Shown here piece by piece: positions 15,601-30,600 of a DNA stretch of 64,000 nucleotides. The notes beneath the pieces were generated by a model. That model saw only the letters and a list, made by a program, of their open reading frames with translations, made no database searches and was not told the origin of the DNA. The stretch is from Phoronis australis. Taxonomy: Eukaryota > Animalia > Phoronida. The position numbers and the translations under genes are program-made. The stretch lies in assembly GCA_002633005.1 (NCBI GenBank), contig NMRA01000168.1, positions 623,129-687,128 of the forward strand. Direction: 5' to 3'. Position 1 is the first letter of the stretch. Each line of letters starts with the position of its first letter.

Positions 15601-18600
15601 GACGTTAACAGTTTATAGTTCTAGAGTACATAGGTGTTAGACAAGGCATTGACTCGGAAAATGGCCATGGTGCGAATGAGGTTATAATGAGTTGGATGAT
15701 AGCTCATCAAAGAACGGCGTTTGCCTAGATGTCATTGACGCAAATGAATAAACACGATGTAGCTAATTCCGGAACCAAGCGATCCTTCGAAGAAAACCAA
15801 GAGAAATTCAGTCAACCCTGTCGCATAAAACGTACGGCGAGCAGTCCACCACGGCGATAGTGGCGACCATGAGATAACGCATCACGTCTGGTAAACAATT
15901 GAACTACTCAGAAGGGCGAGTACCATGTTTGCGGTAAACAGAGACACCTCGAAAGTCCGGTTTTAGTTGTTGTACTGTATGTGAGCAGGCTGCGAACCAG
16001 ATCTTTGCACTAGGTGGATCAGGCTGAATAAGTCGTAACGACCTTAACATGATCACATATTCTAACGTGTTACTGAGAATCTTTATTCAGAGTTATGTTT
16101 TTGTGATGTCAACTGGATTCATGGGCCTTGAGCAAACTATCGGATGATGAACGAGATAAGTCGTTGATAAGATCTTTCTGTATCTAGTTGTTTTCTAAGG
16201 CAATGTCACTACAGTTTAGGAGAGTGGGTACGCCAGATCGTACAGTGTAAAGGAGTAGAATGGCTTGCCATTAATTGTGAGCTAGTGGTGTGCGTTCCTC
16301 ACGTTGGTGTTTCGCGAAATCACAGGAAAGGGTTTGTCATGAGTTCATGCTGTGTATATTCTGAGCGGCGCAGTCCTCATTTGTCATCTAGATATGCCGT
16401 TTCCGTTGGCGTGTAGGTAGACATGCAGCTCAGGCTAAGTAGCATAGATAAAAGAGGTACCAGCACCTGATAATAGGATCGTTTAGAAGGTACTCATTAT
16501 TTACAGACCAGTGCACTTTTGGAGGGTCCCGCCCAAAAATTGAGCTACCTCAAACATTCGAGGTATCACTACAACATTTCAGATGGTTCAGAATATGTCA
16601 CTGGTTACTAAATGACCTATGGCAGATAAATTATAAAGGGGTGGGCCTGCCAAAAAACCCTGACACCTCATTTAAAGAATGCTGTTGAAGTGTTACATTG
16701 ATCACCGAATGACCTATGACAGAAAAATTGCTTTCTGGAAAGGACATAGCAGAAGCTCAAGAATGCCTTCCTACCAAAAGCGCACTCTGGGTATGTCCGC
16801 CAGAAACATGTCACAAGCGTTTTATTTTTCAATTTGTGAGCTACATAACGCATTCGAGAAACCGGTCGGAACTGATTTACAATGAATCGATGAACCAAAA
16901 AAGTCTTCATGATTTAACACTGTTGTATATGCCACTGACCACCAAATAGCATACGACGGAGAATTCACTGAGTTGGCCCAGAAGAAGCTCCCAATTATCT
17001 CATCAATGGAATGTTCCTGAGAATTTGAATTTTGGTTTAAATTTTAGCTAAAGTGATCTAAAATCAACAATTATATCACACTGAGCACCGAATGGCCCAT
17101 TACAGAAAAAACACGTCTAGAAAGGGCCCGCAAGAGATTAAAAATGAGCTTCCTAATTGAGGTTTTTCAACATTCAAAGTACAAGAACAATTCCATGTGA
17201 TTCAGAACATGGAATACGCCAAAATACGCGAGGTGGAGAACGACAAGAATCCTAAAACTACCAACCTTATAATTTTTTTAAATTTTGAAATAAATGACTC
17301 TCCGGTTGAAATCGATGTTAAACAAACAGCTACTATTAGCCGGGACACGAAATTCCTCTCTAGATATTACCGGATAGTATGAATATGTGAAAATGATGAA
17401 TCGCTTTTGGGATGTTGTTGAAAAGATTATCAGACAGATTACCAGACACTTGTGTCGCATCTATTTCTGTGTGACTCTGATATAAAAACGAGCCTGGGCT
17501 AATCACACTGCTAAAACGCTAGATTATCGTAGCCCCGGGGGCTCTTCGCTATCAAAATATGACAAAAAGTAAGGTTGAGTACAGTGAAAACATACCCCGA
17601 TTGTGGAATTTTCTCAGTAAAGTTGTTTCTTCTTCTGCAATTGAAATTTAGTTGACAAGTGCCCGTTTCTCTCCACAGATATATGAACAAACAATTATCG
17701 GTCTTCGGATAGTTAATATAATCAATATGTCAAGAAATCATTTGGCATTGATATCTGAGACAAATATGGTTAGACTAGATGGCGGCATACGATGCCGATC
17801 GGGAATTTCACGGTGCGTAGCCCAGAATGGGAGTGTACACAACAAGTAAATGAAACACTGCGTGCACTCCACTAAGCTTACAAGTAAAGTCAAATTGAAA
17901 AATGTGATATAAAAGCACCAAAATATCAGTTGACGAAGGGAGAAAAACATTTACGTGAGCAGAGACTGGGACCTCAACATTCATTAAAAATGTTGAAAAA
18001 TTTTGATAAGTGGCAGCTAATTTTCGTGCCAAAATGCCTAATAAAGAACCCGAAAAACTCGGTTGTCAAAATCTTAAACAGGTGTAAGTTTTGTGCAAAA
18101 ACTCGTGTCTGTGGGTTACGGAGATCTCGGTTCGTGGATAAGTATGTAATAACTAAAGTCTCGCAATATTTTCGTGCTTGTAACAAGTGTCATTGATCAT
18201 CCAAGATTTGATGTCCATTGGCTTGCAATTACACGCATTATTGATAAGTGTGATATCACAGACTTGACCTCGTGACGCCTCGAATGTTTTTCGGAAGCTT
18301 CGTTTTTGATTTTCTGGGGGAACTTTACAAAGTACAGTTTGTTCGCCATGAGGACTCACTCGGTGCTTAGTGTGGCACGACTGTTAATTTTGAATCAGTT
18401 TTGACCGGTACCTTACGAAGTGGAGACATCGGCGGAGATCAATGTTTGTACATACTGGAGAGTGCTCGTGTGTTTAGATGTTGGTATCTGTTCATCCATC
18501 CTAAGTGCTCTGAGCGGCCATCTAAAACAACGGTGAGGCAAGGTAATGTTCTTCTTTTTCCATGTCAAACTTTCGGCGACTAAGTCAGGAAAACCGTGAA

Positions 18601-21600
18601 CGCGCTCATATACATTGTCCGGGCTCAAAAGAGATGAAAATGAGAATTTTGGTGAATATGAAGAAATTTGAAGATTGAAATTAAACTGATTATTCTTTTA
18701 TGAAAACTACAGGGCATTATGTTTGAAAATCTGTAAGAAACGGATAATGTGTACTAGAAGATATGTCTGTGACAATTTCATAAACGCAGCTTGGAAAAGT
18801 CAAGAAAGGTAGAATATAGGAGATTAAATATTGAATGCACGTAAAGGGGTACAATGCGTGTCATAGACGGATTTAGAGGGGTAGGTTGACTGCAAGAAAA
18901 AACAGCCAGAGTGTGAGGAAATATTGCGTTCCTTAACTAACCCCGGTAATTAGCTGAAACAAGTTTGGGCGTGCGCATGTGGGGTGGCTCGGTCCTATTG
19001 GAAGTGTCACCGCAATCGATTTCCTGTTTTTTATTTTTTATTATATCTTTTTGAGCCGCCCTATATATTAGGGTGCCTTGCGCGGTTCTCCGAGACAAAC
19101 TGTTGCCTCCCCCTACGATATCCTAGGTCTGCCACTGCGTGTACCCTTGCAAGCGCACGTCAGTTCCAAACTTGACACGTGACAAGCTACGCAAGTGAGC
19201 TATCATTCGGGTTAAGTGCTGCATGGCCGTACATCGACTACGTTGCAGTCAAGTCTTTACTACCTGGCGGCTTGTCGCGGTTGACGAGGTGTCGCATCCG
19301 AAATTCTACTCCACCTGGTGACACGCTAGATTATGACGACATGTCCATGTTTTTTGTGACCACTGAAGATTGAAAAAGGCAAACTTCCCGATCACTGACT
19401 TGAATGCCGCTAGCCCTTCCTTACGAGGCTTGTTTGAGTTAAGTAAAAATGTCCCTGCCTTATATAATTTTGTCTCTGGTAAACGTTCTGCAAAATGTGA
19501 GAAATCAACAAGATAGGGCACATATGTCACAGAGACAACTATGCCTTTGTATCTACAGCTGCCGGGAGTCTTTAAAATGACTCCCGGCAGCTTTGTGGCT
19601 ATCAGTTCCGGATCCATGAGAGTGCTAGCAATGTCTTAATAACCATTGCAATACGCTTATTAATTAACCCGATATTTTGTTTCACTGGTACTTCAAATCT
19701 TTGGTATTCGTGAAGTCAAGTTTCTGCGTTAGTACCAACTTAAATTGCATTGAACAGATTGATTATGCATGTCAGATGCACTTCTAAAGAGCAGTTTCAT
19801 TCATTCCTTAAAGATATTGCGTCGACTATCAGGTTGAGGGAGGTGGCTATTTATTGACGAAAAATCTGGAAACAGGCTCAGTCAACTCAACAAGAAAATA
19901 TTTCAAATCCACCCGGACCAACAAAACTGTTTGTATGACATATGACAACGCAGCCCCGAGACATTGTTCGGAAAGCCATAGCTGTGCTCCTGGATCATCT
20001 TACCCTATCGACGTAATCCCACGCATAACTAAAAATCCGGTAATAACAGTGACATTTGGGGGATGGTTAGATTCAATACCAACTTCTGGAAATCATGAGT
20101 TGGCATCCGGCATTGATCATCTAGAATTCACTATATACACAGTAGTTGAAAAGACCCGTTATGTCAACCAAGTCGGCGGTAAAACAGGCATCTCGCACAA
20201 GGCCAACAGGACACAGGGGTCTTGGCAGGTTACACTGCCTTCCCAAGGACTTTACGCTGTATACGTGGACGTAGTTGACAAGGTCGGCAACGTCAAACAC
20301 GCAAGGCGCTTTGTTCTTTTTGATCCAGACTCGACAGTTGAAATTTCACAATCGCACGAGATTGTTGTAAGTACTGCTGATCCAAACACGAACTTTACTT
20401 GGCAAACAACACACGGTCCCTTGACCGTCAACTGGACGAGACGATTCCACAATACTTTCCACGTACACAGCAATATGCTGAAACAAATAGCTTCCAAGTC
20501 TTCCATGGTTGGAATATACGATCAAGGTACAGGTGTGCTGCCAGTGACAGGGACGAATAATGTTGATGGAATTGTAGAGTTCAAGTACTCCATTGTGTTG
20601 ATACCAGACTCGATCAACAACCTTGTAAGTCTCCCCAGTCCTTTGCAGACAGTGATCACGCACGATACAGGCAATGCAATGCAGGACGGCGATAGTTATG
20701 AAATAATGATTCAAGCCAAAGACATAATGGGCAACACTAAAAACGACACCGTGCTTCTCAAAGTCGATTCCACTCCACCAATGATTTCGAGCGTCGGAGT
20801 TACAAATAACGGTCTTCGAGAGCTCTTTGTTCATTTCGAAACTGATTTGTCGACCATGAGATTCGTCTTCAAAGCGATGGATGCTCACAGCGGTTTGCAC
20901 GATGTAAAATGGAAGTTGGGTACATCTCGAGATGCTGCCGATATAAGCGAAGGTTCTCTTCCGGTGAAGTCTGTAAGTTCCCACGTATTTTAGGGCTTGT
21001 TTTGTACAAATATTTAATTCACGTATTGTACTAATTTTTTTTCTACACCTGATACTGATCGTATCCATTTATCGACCTTGTATTTAAAATGAAGGTAATA
21101 TGCTTGGTAGACCTTGTTCTGACTTTTGTTAAGTAGGCTTTATACCTATATTCGACAAAGTAGTGTAAGGCAACAAACTGTCAAGACTGTGAAGACTTCC
21201 GCAACTAGTCATTTTGCCCAATTGCGTTTTAATTTTATGGCGAGTTTTCTGTTTCGAAGGGTCTGAACAAACTGTTGTAATTTAACGATCACTTTAGTTT
21301 TGGAAAATGCGACATTGTCTGCAACCCAACAAAACAAACGCTATAGGAACAAAAGTTGTCTCAATGTTTATTTCGAAAGGCTATGCAAACGGTCGTGTTT
21401 TGATTATTACTTTCCTTTGGTAAAACGTGACAGTTTGTGGTTTGGAAACCGGTTGCATAATTGTGAGACCGCATGCTGGCCTCAATTTTCCCGTACTTTG
21501 AACAAATTGTTCATTATCTAACGGGGTTTGCATTTGGTGGTTTTGCTCACATAAGTGCGTTTGTGTTAACAGCCCTGAGCGCGATTCTGATTCGAATTGT

Positions 21601-24600
21601 TCCAATAAATGTAGCAATAGTTCCCTTGGCATTGCTGTAGGTTAATGGACGTAGGACAGAATGTTTTGTCTTTTAGGTTTGGTCAAAGCCTCATAACCGT
21701 TACGCAAACTGTAACCTATTGCTAGGAATTTTGATTCTGTCGTTACTTTTCATTTTCCCATTAGCACCGCTAGTGTAATATTTGTGGAATTTTGCGTACA
21801 CTAATTTAAGCTGTTGTATTCTTCTAGGCATCAGATAATCGTGAAAATACGTATTGCCCTACAGTCGCCGGTGGGAAATGCGAGTATTTTAACTACTCTA
21901 TTGACCTTAACCACCTAGTTGAGGCAAGAAAACATAAGGGAAATCACAACCGCGAGTACTTCATAACGCTTATTGCAAGGAACAAAGCTCTTTTAGCAAG
22001 TGCGCCGTACTCAGTCAAAATTCTGATAGATGCGTCACCGCCAACCACGGGAGTCGCTCGTGACGGGAAGTTAGACTCCCAACAGGACGTTAATTACCAG
22101 AGTGACATGACACTGTCTGGCATCTGGGATGGCTTTTATGACCACGAAAGTGGAGTTTCATACTACAAATATGCTTTTGCTGAACTCTGCCTCTCGAAAC
22201 AAGAATTAGTCTTAGTTGGTAAAAACTCAACAGTTTCACATGGTACTGGTGTTGCCAAAAAAGATGGCAAATACTACCTAAGTGTTGTAGCATATAACGG
22301 TGCCAACGAACCATCAGAACCTGCGTGCTCTGATGGTGTACAGGTGGACAGCGTACTACCTAAATTCAGAGACATCTATTTGAATGGTTTACGTGTTCAT
22401 GAAGGGATTATTTGCATCAGTGAACGTGAAATTTGGTTTGTTTTTCGTAATTTCACGAGAATGCGATTGTCACCAGTCACTGCATGTCGGATGAAATGTT
22501 CAGACAAAGTGCAGGTCGACATCAATCTCATTCCTGTTATCCCATCACCAACCAATGGATCAGCGATGGACAGTGAGACAAGTGAAGATATGTGTAAGCT
22601 CAGTTCCCTTTACAACGAGTCGTTGCCAAAGTTCATAACTACGGACCACATTCATCTTCACTGGAAAACATCCAATTCGTCACCAATTCACGACTACAGA
22701 ATTGGCGTCAGCAACGACCTCTCCGGAATGAAATCTACGCGTGGGGCAAATTTTTTTACTGAAATATTTTCTGGGCTGGACGAAGGTAACGAAATATCCG
22801 TTCAAATGATTGCCATTAGCGAGTCTGGACTTCACAGCCAGCTCTCATTTGGACCTATTCTGGTGGATGAGACACCCCCTCGGATGGTTGGTACTTTGCA
22901 AGTTGACATGGGCTTCAAACATGACGACCCCATTGTAGTATCCTGGGCTGATGGTTCATTTTACGATGAGGAGTATTCTGACGGCATTGGAGAGTATCAG
23001 ATATCAATTGGTACGTATAATAAACAACAGTTTGCATGAAATCAATCGTTCATATGGTCAGAAGGTCAAACTTGGTGTCTTCTAGATAAAGCTCTGCTAT
23101 GAGTCATGTTAGAAGCAAGCAACACGTATCGCAATCACTAAAAGTGATGGGGGCTGCCAAGCTCACATATAAGTATCATCAAAATTCATAATGTTTTCAG
23201 CTGATCTAATTCTATTTAGGCAAATGTCAAGCTTGCACGTGCAACGTTGTCACTCGTCTAGCTTTTGGGGAAAGTATGAACTTGGTTGCCTGTGTTCAAA
23301 CACGACTGCCATTGCTCCTAAACTCGTGATCGTGATTTCGAGAATACTTGGTTACCGATATTTGGTTCAGAAAAGCAGCACTCTTTAAATTTCAAAGAAC
23401 CAATTCAAATATTCTTGGCAAGCTGATTCCCTACTTCTAACATAAAATTGCCATCAATGCTGACATTCTTCATTTCGACTGGCAAATTACCTGGTTACCA
23501 TGGCAACGGTACTCATTTCAAATTGGCACCCTCTCCCCACTCAGTGTCAAAGTAGGGTCAATGTACTTGTAGGTACTTTGCCCATGGTTGCCATCAAACT
23601 TAAAATTGGTGATTACGGCTGGCTAACTAACAGTCATAGCTCCAAATATCTCATTAAATTCCACTTGACAATATCGAATCAGAGATACATGTATACAGTG
23701 TATTAAGTGGGATTTAAATCTATCCGACGTTACCGGTACTTTCACTCCACACGTCATGGAAAAAATTAGTCGGCAATTTTTTACAATCAACGGTAATGGA
23801 AGATCAAGGTATAAATTACAGAAAACGTATAAAAGAGTCCCTTGAATCTGTTGGTATGCAATCTTCCTTGAACATCAATTTTCGTTTGATGATATCAATA
23901 CCACCATATAAGCGACTGAAATGTGCGTTTTCCAAAGAATGTTCGCTCAGATGTTTCGCATGTAGGCGCATGCGCCTTAAGTTTCACTCAAAGAGGCAAG
24001 TATTTATAATTTGCTTGCGCGTATGCTTTGGACTGGGTACAGTAAGTGTTTGTTTTCTTTATCTGTCTTAGTAATTTTAAGTTAAAAGTGTTCATAAATC
24101 ATCGTTGCCTTCTGTGAAGATGGTAAAAACTATTGAAGTTACTTACTAGAAGACTATAAGCTAGGTACGCATACCGTTTCAAGCCTGCAGTTTAGGCCCC
24201 TGTTCCGGCCGTTAAAACAAGGTGTTACTTCCGGTTCAACAACGGTGGGAAGATCAGTCATGTGAACAAGGGCATGAGCAGCAGGCTCGAAACTTTATGT
24301 GTACCCAACTTGTAGTCTTCTAGTAAGTAACTCCTATCGTTCTTTAGTACTTTTCACTTTTCATGTGAACACACCAATGTCTGCCATTAACAAACGGTTA
24401 ATGCAAGTTTCGCTCTTGTATTGTTTTTTGTTTTTTAATTCCTCCTCTGGTTTACTCAAGTTTTTCACACATAATCGGATGTGCCTCATTCACAATGAAG
24501 GCACAACTTCACTTATAAGTGCAAGTTCCTAACCGTGTACATATACTGTATCAATTTTACCTAATTCCCATTTGATGTAGTCTTCACAGACAACAATGAC

Positions 24601-27600
24601 TGGTTGCAGGAACTGACGAACACAACCAAGCCGTCGCTCATTTCAAAGCGTTTACACCAAAAACCATCTGTTGCCAAGGGAGAGTTGGACTTGAAATCGA
24701 AAAGCGAACTCTTCAGGATGCTGATGATGGATTCGGAAACACCTACACTGTAGCCTTGAAAGTGTTTAACAAAGCAGGGCTTTACAGTGTCTTTAAAGCG
24801 CCTCCATTTCAAATATCGTCAGCTTTACGCCCTACTGCCGGGGTTGTTTATGACATTGGCCCTGACCCTGTAATTGGCACACTGAATGATGTTGATTATG
24901 TAGAGGGGAACAGATTCTGCGTGGCGTGGGCAGGATTCCACACACACAATGACCCTATTCATTACTTTGTTGGTTTGGGAACTTCAGACAACTGCACAGA
25001 CATCATGGATTTTACACCCATTCACAACGCCACTATTTTTGGAGATAACTTTGCATGTTTCTTCCTGCCAAAGATGCCAGACTTCACAAAAACTTATGCA
25101 ACTGTGATGGCAAGCCTTGACCAAGCTCAGTCGCTTCCTGTGACTGTTTCCTCCGACGGTGCGATGGTATTTAGTGGTTCCATAACCCAGATGTCTGTGG
25201 CTGTTTTCGACGGTATCGGTTGCGACGAATCAAGAGTCCTTGAGAGTTTAAACGGGTTTTCCATTCACCCGAAATCAAATTTTTCCTTTAAATTTTCTGG
25301 AATCGTTCCTTTCTTTGGTTCGTATTTCACCATTAAGCTCTCAAGTCATGGAGATCTTTCAAATTTGACGGTGACTCAAAACGGCGAAACAGCTAAGACG
25401 ATGCATTTTTATTCTGACAACTCTACGCACCGCTTGCTTTTTGCTTTCGAGTGGAAAAATCAAGAATACGTCTTCGATGCCGTCAATCACGCAAAAACTA
25501 CTCTGGAGGTGATTTCTGTCGAACTGATGGTATGTCAGATAGACCTTGATTACCAGTCCGATACAACAATGATTTCAGGGTACTGGAATTTTCCCAGAGA
25601 TATTAAAAAACATGTCACACACTACGAAAGCAAAGTGTCGATAGAAGCGTGCTCGCCTTCGTGTGTTAGTGTGGGCGACTTACTGCCTTGGAAAGTACAA
25701 AGGGAGCACAGATGCACTTTCCATGACCTGACCCTCGCTCCCGGAAACAGATACAGATTACACGTTCGCCCGTGTTTCCATCACGTGTGCATGTCAACGT
25801 CAATTTCAAACGGTGTAATTGTTGCCCCAAGCATTCCTACGGCTGGTGATATTTTTACAAATGTCAACTTATCAGGAACTTCCGGTAATTACACAGCGAA
25901 GGTTTCTATCCGCTGGCAAAGTTTTCGAGTAGGTCACGGGACCACGAATGAAGAAGTGATTAGATATGAGTGGACTCTTTCGCCCAGTAACAAAATGAAA
26001 GACGTTGGAAACCATTGGATTGCTGTTTATAATAGAACTCAGGTGAGTCATTAAACATTTGTCGTTTTTACGCGTAATTCAAATTGTTAAAAGACTCATT
26101 CGGCACTCTTGATTCATTCTTTTGTGTTTTAGGACACTGCCAATTTCCACTGGAACCATCACAGGCTACAAATCATGTATGTTCTTCTGAGAGGACAGTC
26201 ACTATCGAATGTTTATGCCGTGGCGGTAAAAAAGATTGAATTTGAATCAGCGACAACTACAGCCCTCGATAAAGCAGTACACGATCTCTCTTATAAAGAC
26301 ATTAAAAGATTTGTTGGAGTAGCGCACGCGTCAAGTGTCCAAACGAAAATGTTGAAAGACCTCCACAGATCGGAACTAGACTTCACAAATATAACGGACA
26401 GCGCCACTGCTCTTCTTACTGGAAAACTTTTCTCTGAATATACGTGGTCTGTGACAACCACTCCAGACCCTTTTATAAACTGTTCCAGTAACCCTTCGTG
26501 TATTGCGTTTCTGAAGAACTCGAAAAACAACGTGTTGATACCAAACATCAAATTATTACATGGCGTCAAATACTTCATATGTGTCCATGCACAGTTCCCA
26601 AGGAAAGCGGTTTTTGACGGCGTAGAGGATACAACAGAAGAACACCTATGCAGCAATGGATTCATAGTTGACACAAACAGTCCTATACCTGGTGAAGTAA
26701 TTGTCACAAACGCAGTTAATGGGTTTTTGACAACTAATGCTTACGTCACGGTAGATTGGAATAGTTTTGTGGATCTGGAAGAGTCTTTGCCAAGTTTGAC
26801 CACCGGCGTGCGTTCGTACTGGTATTCCTTAGGTGCGTTAATTTTTTCATGACATAATTTTTGTTATTTTTTTGTTTTCCCAGTATTGACATGATATTTA
26901 CCCACAGTATGAACCTTGCCAATAGCTCAAGGCCTATACATGTACTTTTGTTTGAGATCAGACGATCATAGTTTCAATTTTTTATGCGTTGTTCCATACA
27001 TGTATATCCGCGGGGTGGGAAAATGGTTCCCCCATTGGGGAAACAATAAGAAAACTTCTGGAACAACAATAGAAAATACGAAGATTTAGAAAAGGAAGAA
27101 GAAGAAGCTTGAAATTTATGACGAAGGTGAATTAAATTTGTGGCGACTGGGAGGAGTGAATTTGACTGTGGGGTTTCAATCTCATACGCCTTCATTTGTT
27201 ACATGTCCATCCCCGAATAACAATGATCACCATCACAATTATCATTACCTTCAACGTACTCATCGTTATCTTAATTATTGTTTATCATTGAATGTCGTTA
27301 CTTTTCGGTCTACTTATAGAACGTTTTATATGATGTACAGGTATTTTGGCATGTGCAGTGATTTTGAGTGACTATGCTCCTTTAACCTAACGATATGACA
27401 CATTTGAAAAGTGTGTTTCCAATTATTGAACTCTGTTCCCATCACTTACAATGTACTTTCTTATACACTTGGCTTTAGGGACCTCTGCAGGAGTTGATAA
27501 CGTCGTACCACTCACACGTAGAGAACAAGAGACACACGTTATGCTCAATAATCTTACATTAGTTGATGGCCAAGAGTATTTTGTTAACGTTCAAGGTAAG

Positions 27601-30600
27601 TGTTGCATCCTTGAGTCTTGATTACGTGTCGATAGCCATGTCCACAGTCACTTGCTGGAGGTTATCTTATTCGAAAGCTGCCTTGCCTCTGCAAAGACAA
27701 TTATTATTCGTGCATGCCGCTCAATGGATAAACATTATATTTTATTTTTGATAACTCATATAAAATCAGCCTGCAGCAGTATTTCCCCATGTGCAGGTCA
27801 ACAATCTTGAATTTGACCGACATGCTTATGCCGTATGAATGTTCAGTCATTATAGCATTAGTTTTTCGCTCTGGACGAACGGTGCTACAGCTGTGTTCAA
27901 GTTACATTTTCGACTCTACCATCCACCGTTTTTAAAAAAAAATATTTTCCAATCCGTTATGTTTCCTCAATTGAGCAACACGTTCGACATTTTGGTTTCC
28001 GTAATCCAGATGGTCTTGTTTTAGCCGAAGACTATGTCGGGCACGTTACTTCAGCCTCTTCAAGCCCGTTCATAGTAGACACAACGCCTCCATCTAAAGG
28101 AGTGGTGCATGTAGGCTCACCGCACCGCACTCGAGGGCACGTAAATAGAGACATGCTTCAGTTTCACTGGCAAGATTTTGAAGATGCTCAAAGTGGCATA
28201 AAAAGGTATGAATTCGCCATTGGTTCATCGCCTGGACTGTACGATATCTTCCATCTAAAAGAGTTCACAACAACTTACGTCGAAGTGACGGATTCTACCA
28301 TGCTTGACGGTCATAATTATTACGCAATTGTTATGGTAAGTTTGTCGAGTTCCTCTGTAAAGAATTGATGAGCAGGCATATTTTAATGTATCAGTTGCTG
28401 ATAAAGAACTCTAACAGATGTTGGCCACTTTCATAACAAGCGGTTTTTTCTCGTAAAATGACAGCATGTTGTTGACTATGGACGGAAAAAAATTTGTATA
28501 TTTCGCAAATAATGTTTTGCGTTAATAATGGTTTAACGTAACGTGTCTCTCACAAACACTTGAATTTTCTGACACTGCCCGTTCTCGGAAGTCATAAGAA
28601 ACATTTCAAGCTATAGCAGTGGGTTAACGTTCAACAAGTATCCAAATATAAACCTACATTGTACCTTCTTGCATGTGAATGAATTTTCATTAAACTTCTT
28701 TAAGCTAAAATCACCTGTAAGCATACATACCGATACACGGCTAATTAAGAAAGGAAACATGCTTGTCGCAATGCCCCCTCTCTATTGCATAGAAAAGCTA
28801 CAAGTGGACCAAACGATGGGGTTTCACGTACACAGCAACTGCTTGATTAATCATAATATCATTTGGTAATATTTAATAATTTTGGTTAGTGCCACTATAG
28901 ACTGCTAGGAAGATATTGTCTTACTGATGTAGCGTTTATTCACTCGTTAACTTACTACTACTCCATAGGCTATAAATGGGGCCGGATTGATTACGTCGTC
29001 TGACGCAAAGTTTGTGTACGACTCGTCTCCGCCATCTTCTGGCCTGGTGCGAGACTGCAAAAATCTGACCAGCCTAGCAGATTACGACTTTCAGACAAGC
29101 ACGTCAACAATTTGCGTTAGTTGGGATGGGTTTCATGACCCACACTCCCGCATAACCGAATACCATGTAGGTGTTGCAGAAGAAAAAGATGAACCAATGT
29201 TGTCAAACGTGGGACTGGTCACTTGTGAGTAGGGCCTGTACATGTATGTAACTAAATTGTCGATAAGATAACTAAAACATTTTGCTCAAAATTATAGGAA
29301 CTGCGTACCCGACGGTTTACTACCCGGAATGTTCACTACTCCAAAGGTTTATTGCCCCGAAAGCTCAATACTGACATTCACGAAATCCAAGATCGGATAA
29401 TCTCATAGCCCGACTGGAAAGTCTATCCGCTGCGCATGAACTGTACCCACAGCTTCGAAACAACTCGCAGTGTCCCATCGAATCTAAATTTAGTACGACG
29501 TTTTTACCGGAGTGTCCAATCACGTCTTCTCAAATTCGCAGCCGCATGTTGGTCGCCACGGCCAAAAAAATAATATATCCCCGTACTTGGTTTTTATCTC
29601 TGTGTGAGAATGAGTAGTCTGAGATTCAAGAATCGAGAGTTTTAGTGACTGGAAATAACCTCATTTGTACCAAATGCAATCAGTGTTTTTGCACTATTAA
29701 ACTCCTGTGCGCCTGTGAAGTGGTTAGTACATTGGCAGACATTCAGAGCAGTGGGCTGTAGGCGTAGTGGACCTGGCTTCAGAATAGTGAACCTTCGAAG
29801 TAGTGCGCCTTTGTAGTAATGATCCTTCGGACTAGTAATTCATCCGGATAGTGATATGGTTTTTCAGTGCCGTGGGATGAATTCGAGTTCAGCTAACCCC
29901 CTAAATCAGGGGCAACTGTCTCACCTAACGATTTAACATGAAATACAATTCCTGATCACTGAATGCCTAAATGAGGATTGACAGGGGAGGTTTGGAGCAG
30001 ATGCGTCTGCTGGGGTAAGTTTGCGTTACTGTATTGGAGACAAAAAAGTTTCTCAATGTCAACAGTCAGATAAATAAAAACACCTCATGACCTGTCAGTA
30101 CGGGTTTCGCGGTAAGTTTTCACCACGCATCTTGCTAATCATTTCAGCTCTGTTTATGCAGTCGCCTTTAAAAACTGGCCGACGGTATGTTGCTACTGTC
30201 GAAGCATGTAACTCAGTTGGCCTGTGTCGACGTGCATCGTCAGACGGGATAACCATCGACCCAACCCCTCCATTGTCGGGCATAGTCACAGTCGGTCATC
30301 TACAGTTCGGAGCCCGTCATTACCAAGCTTCAAGGTACACCAAAAGAAAGTAAAGGAATTGCAGATTTTAAATAGTATCCTCTGGTACACAATTGCGAAC
30401 TATGAATGCGAATGAAACAAACGTTGAGTTTCTCTAAACTCACGGAACTAAATATACATTAGATGTTTATTGCAACGAAACATAATTTCGCACAACCCGT
30501 GTCTCCCTTACAGGCAATAAATTATATGTAATGAATGTATCATAACATGGTTTCTGATTTTATAGTTACTATTATAACCTTGTTATTGTCCCGTTTTGTC

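Noticed and set aside
16500-17141. piggyBac-like non-autonomous element ending cccgcaagagattaa
   Set aside because: Only one plausible terminus; a matching left TIR/TTAA was not found
20346-21068. 240-aa minus-strand ORF (and the similar 26291-26707)
   Set aside because: Antisense shadow of real plus-strand exons, with no recognisable motifs
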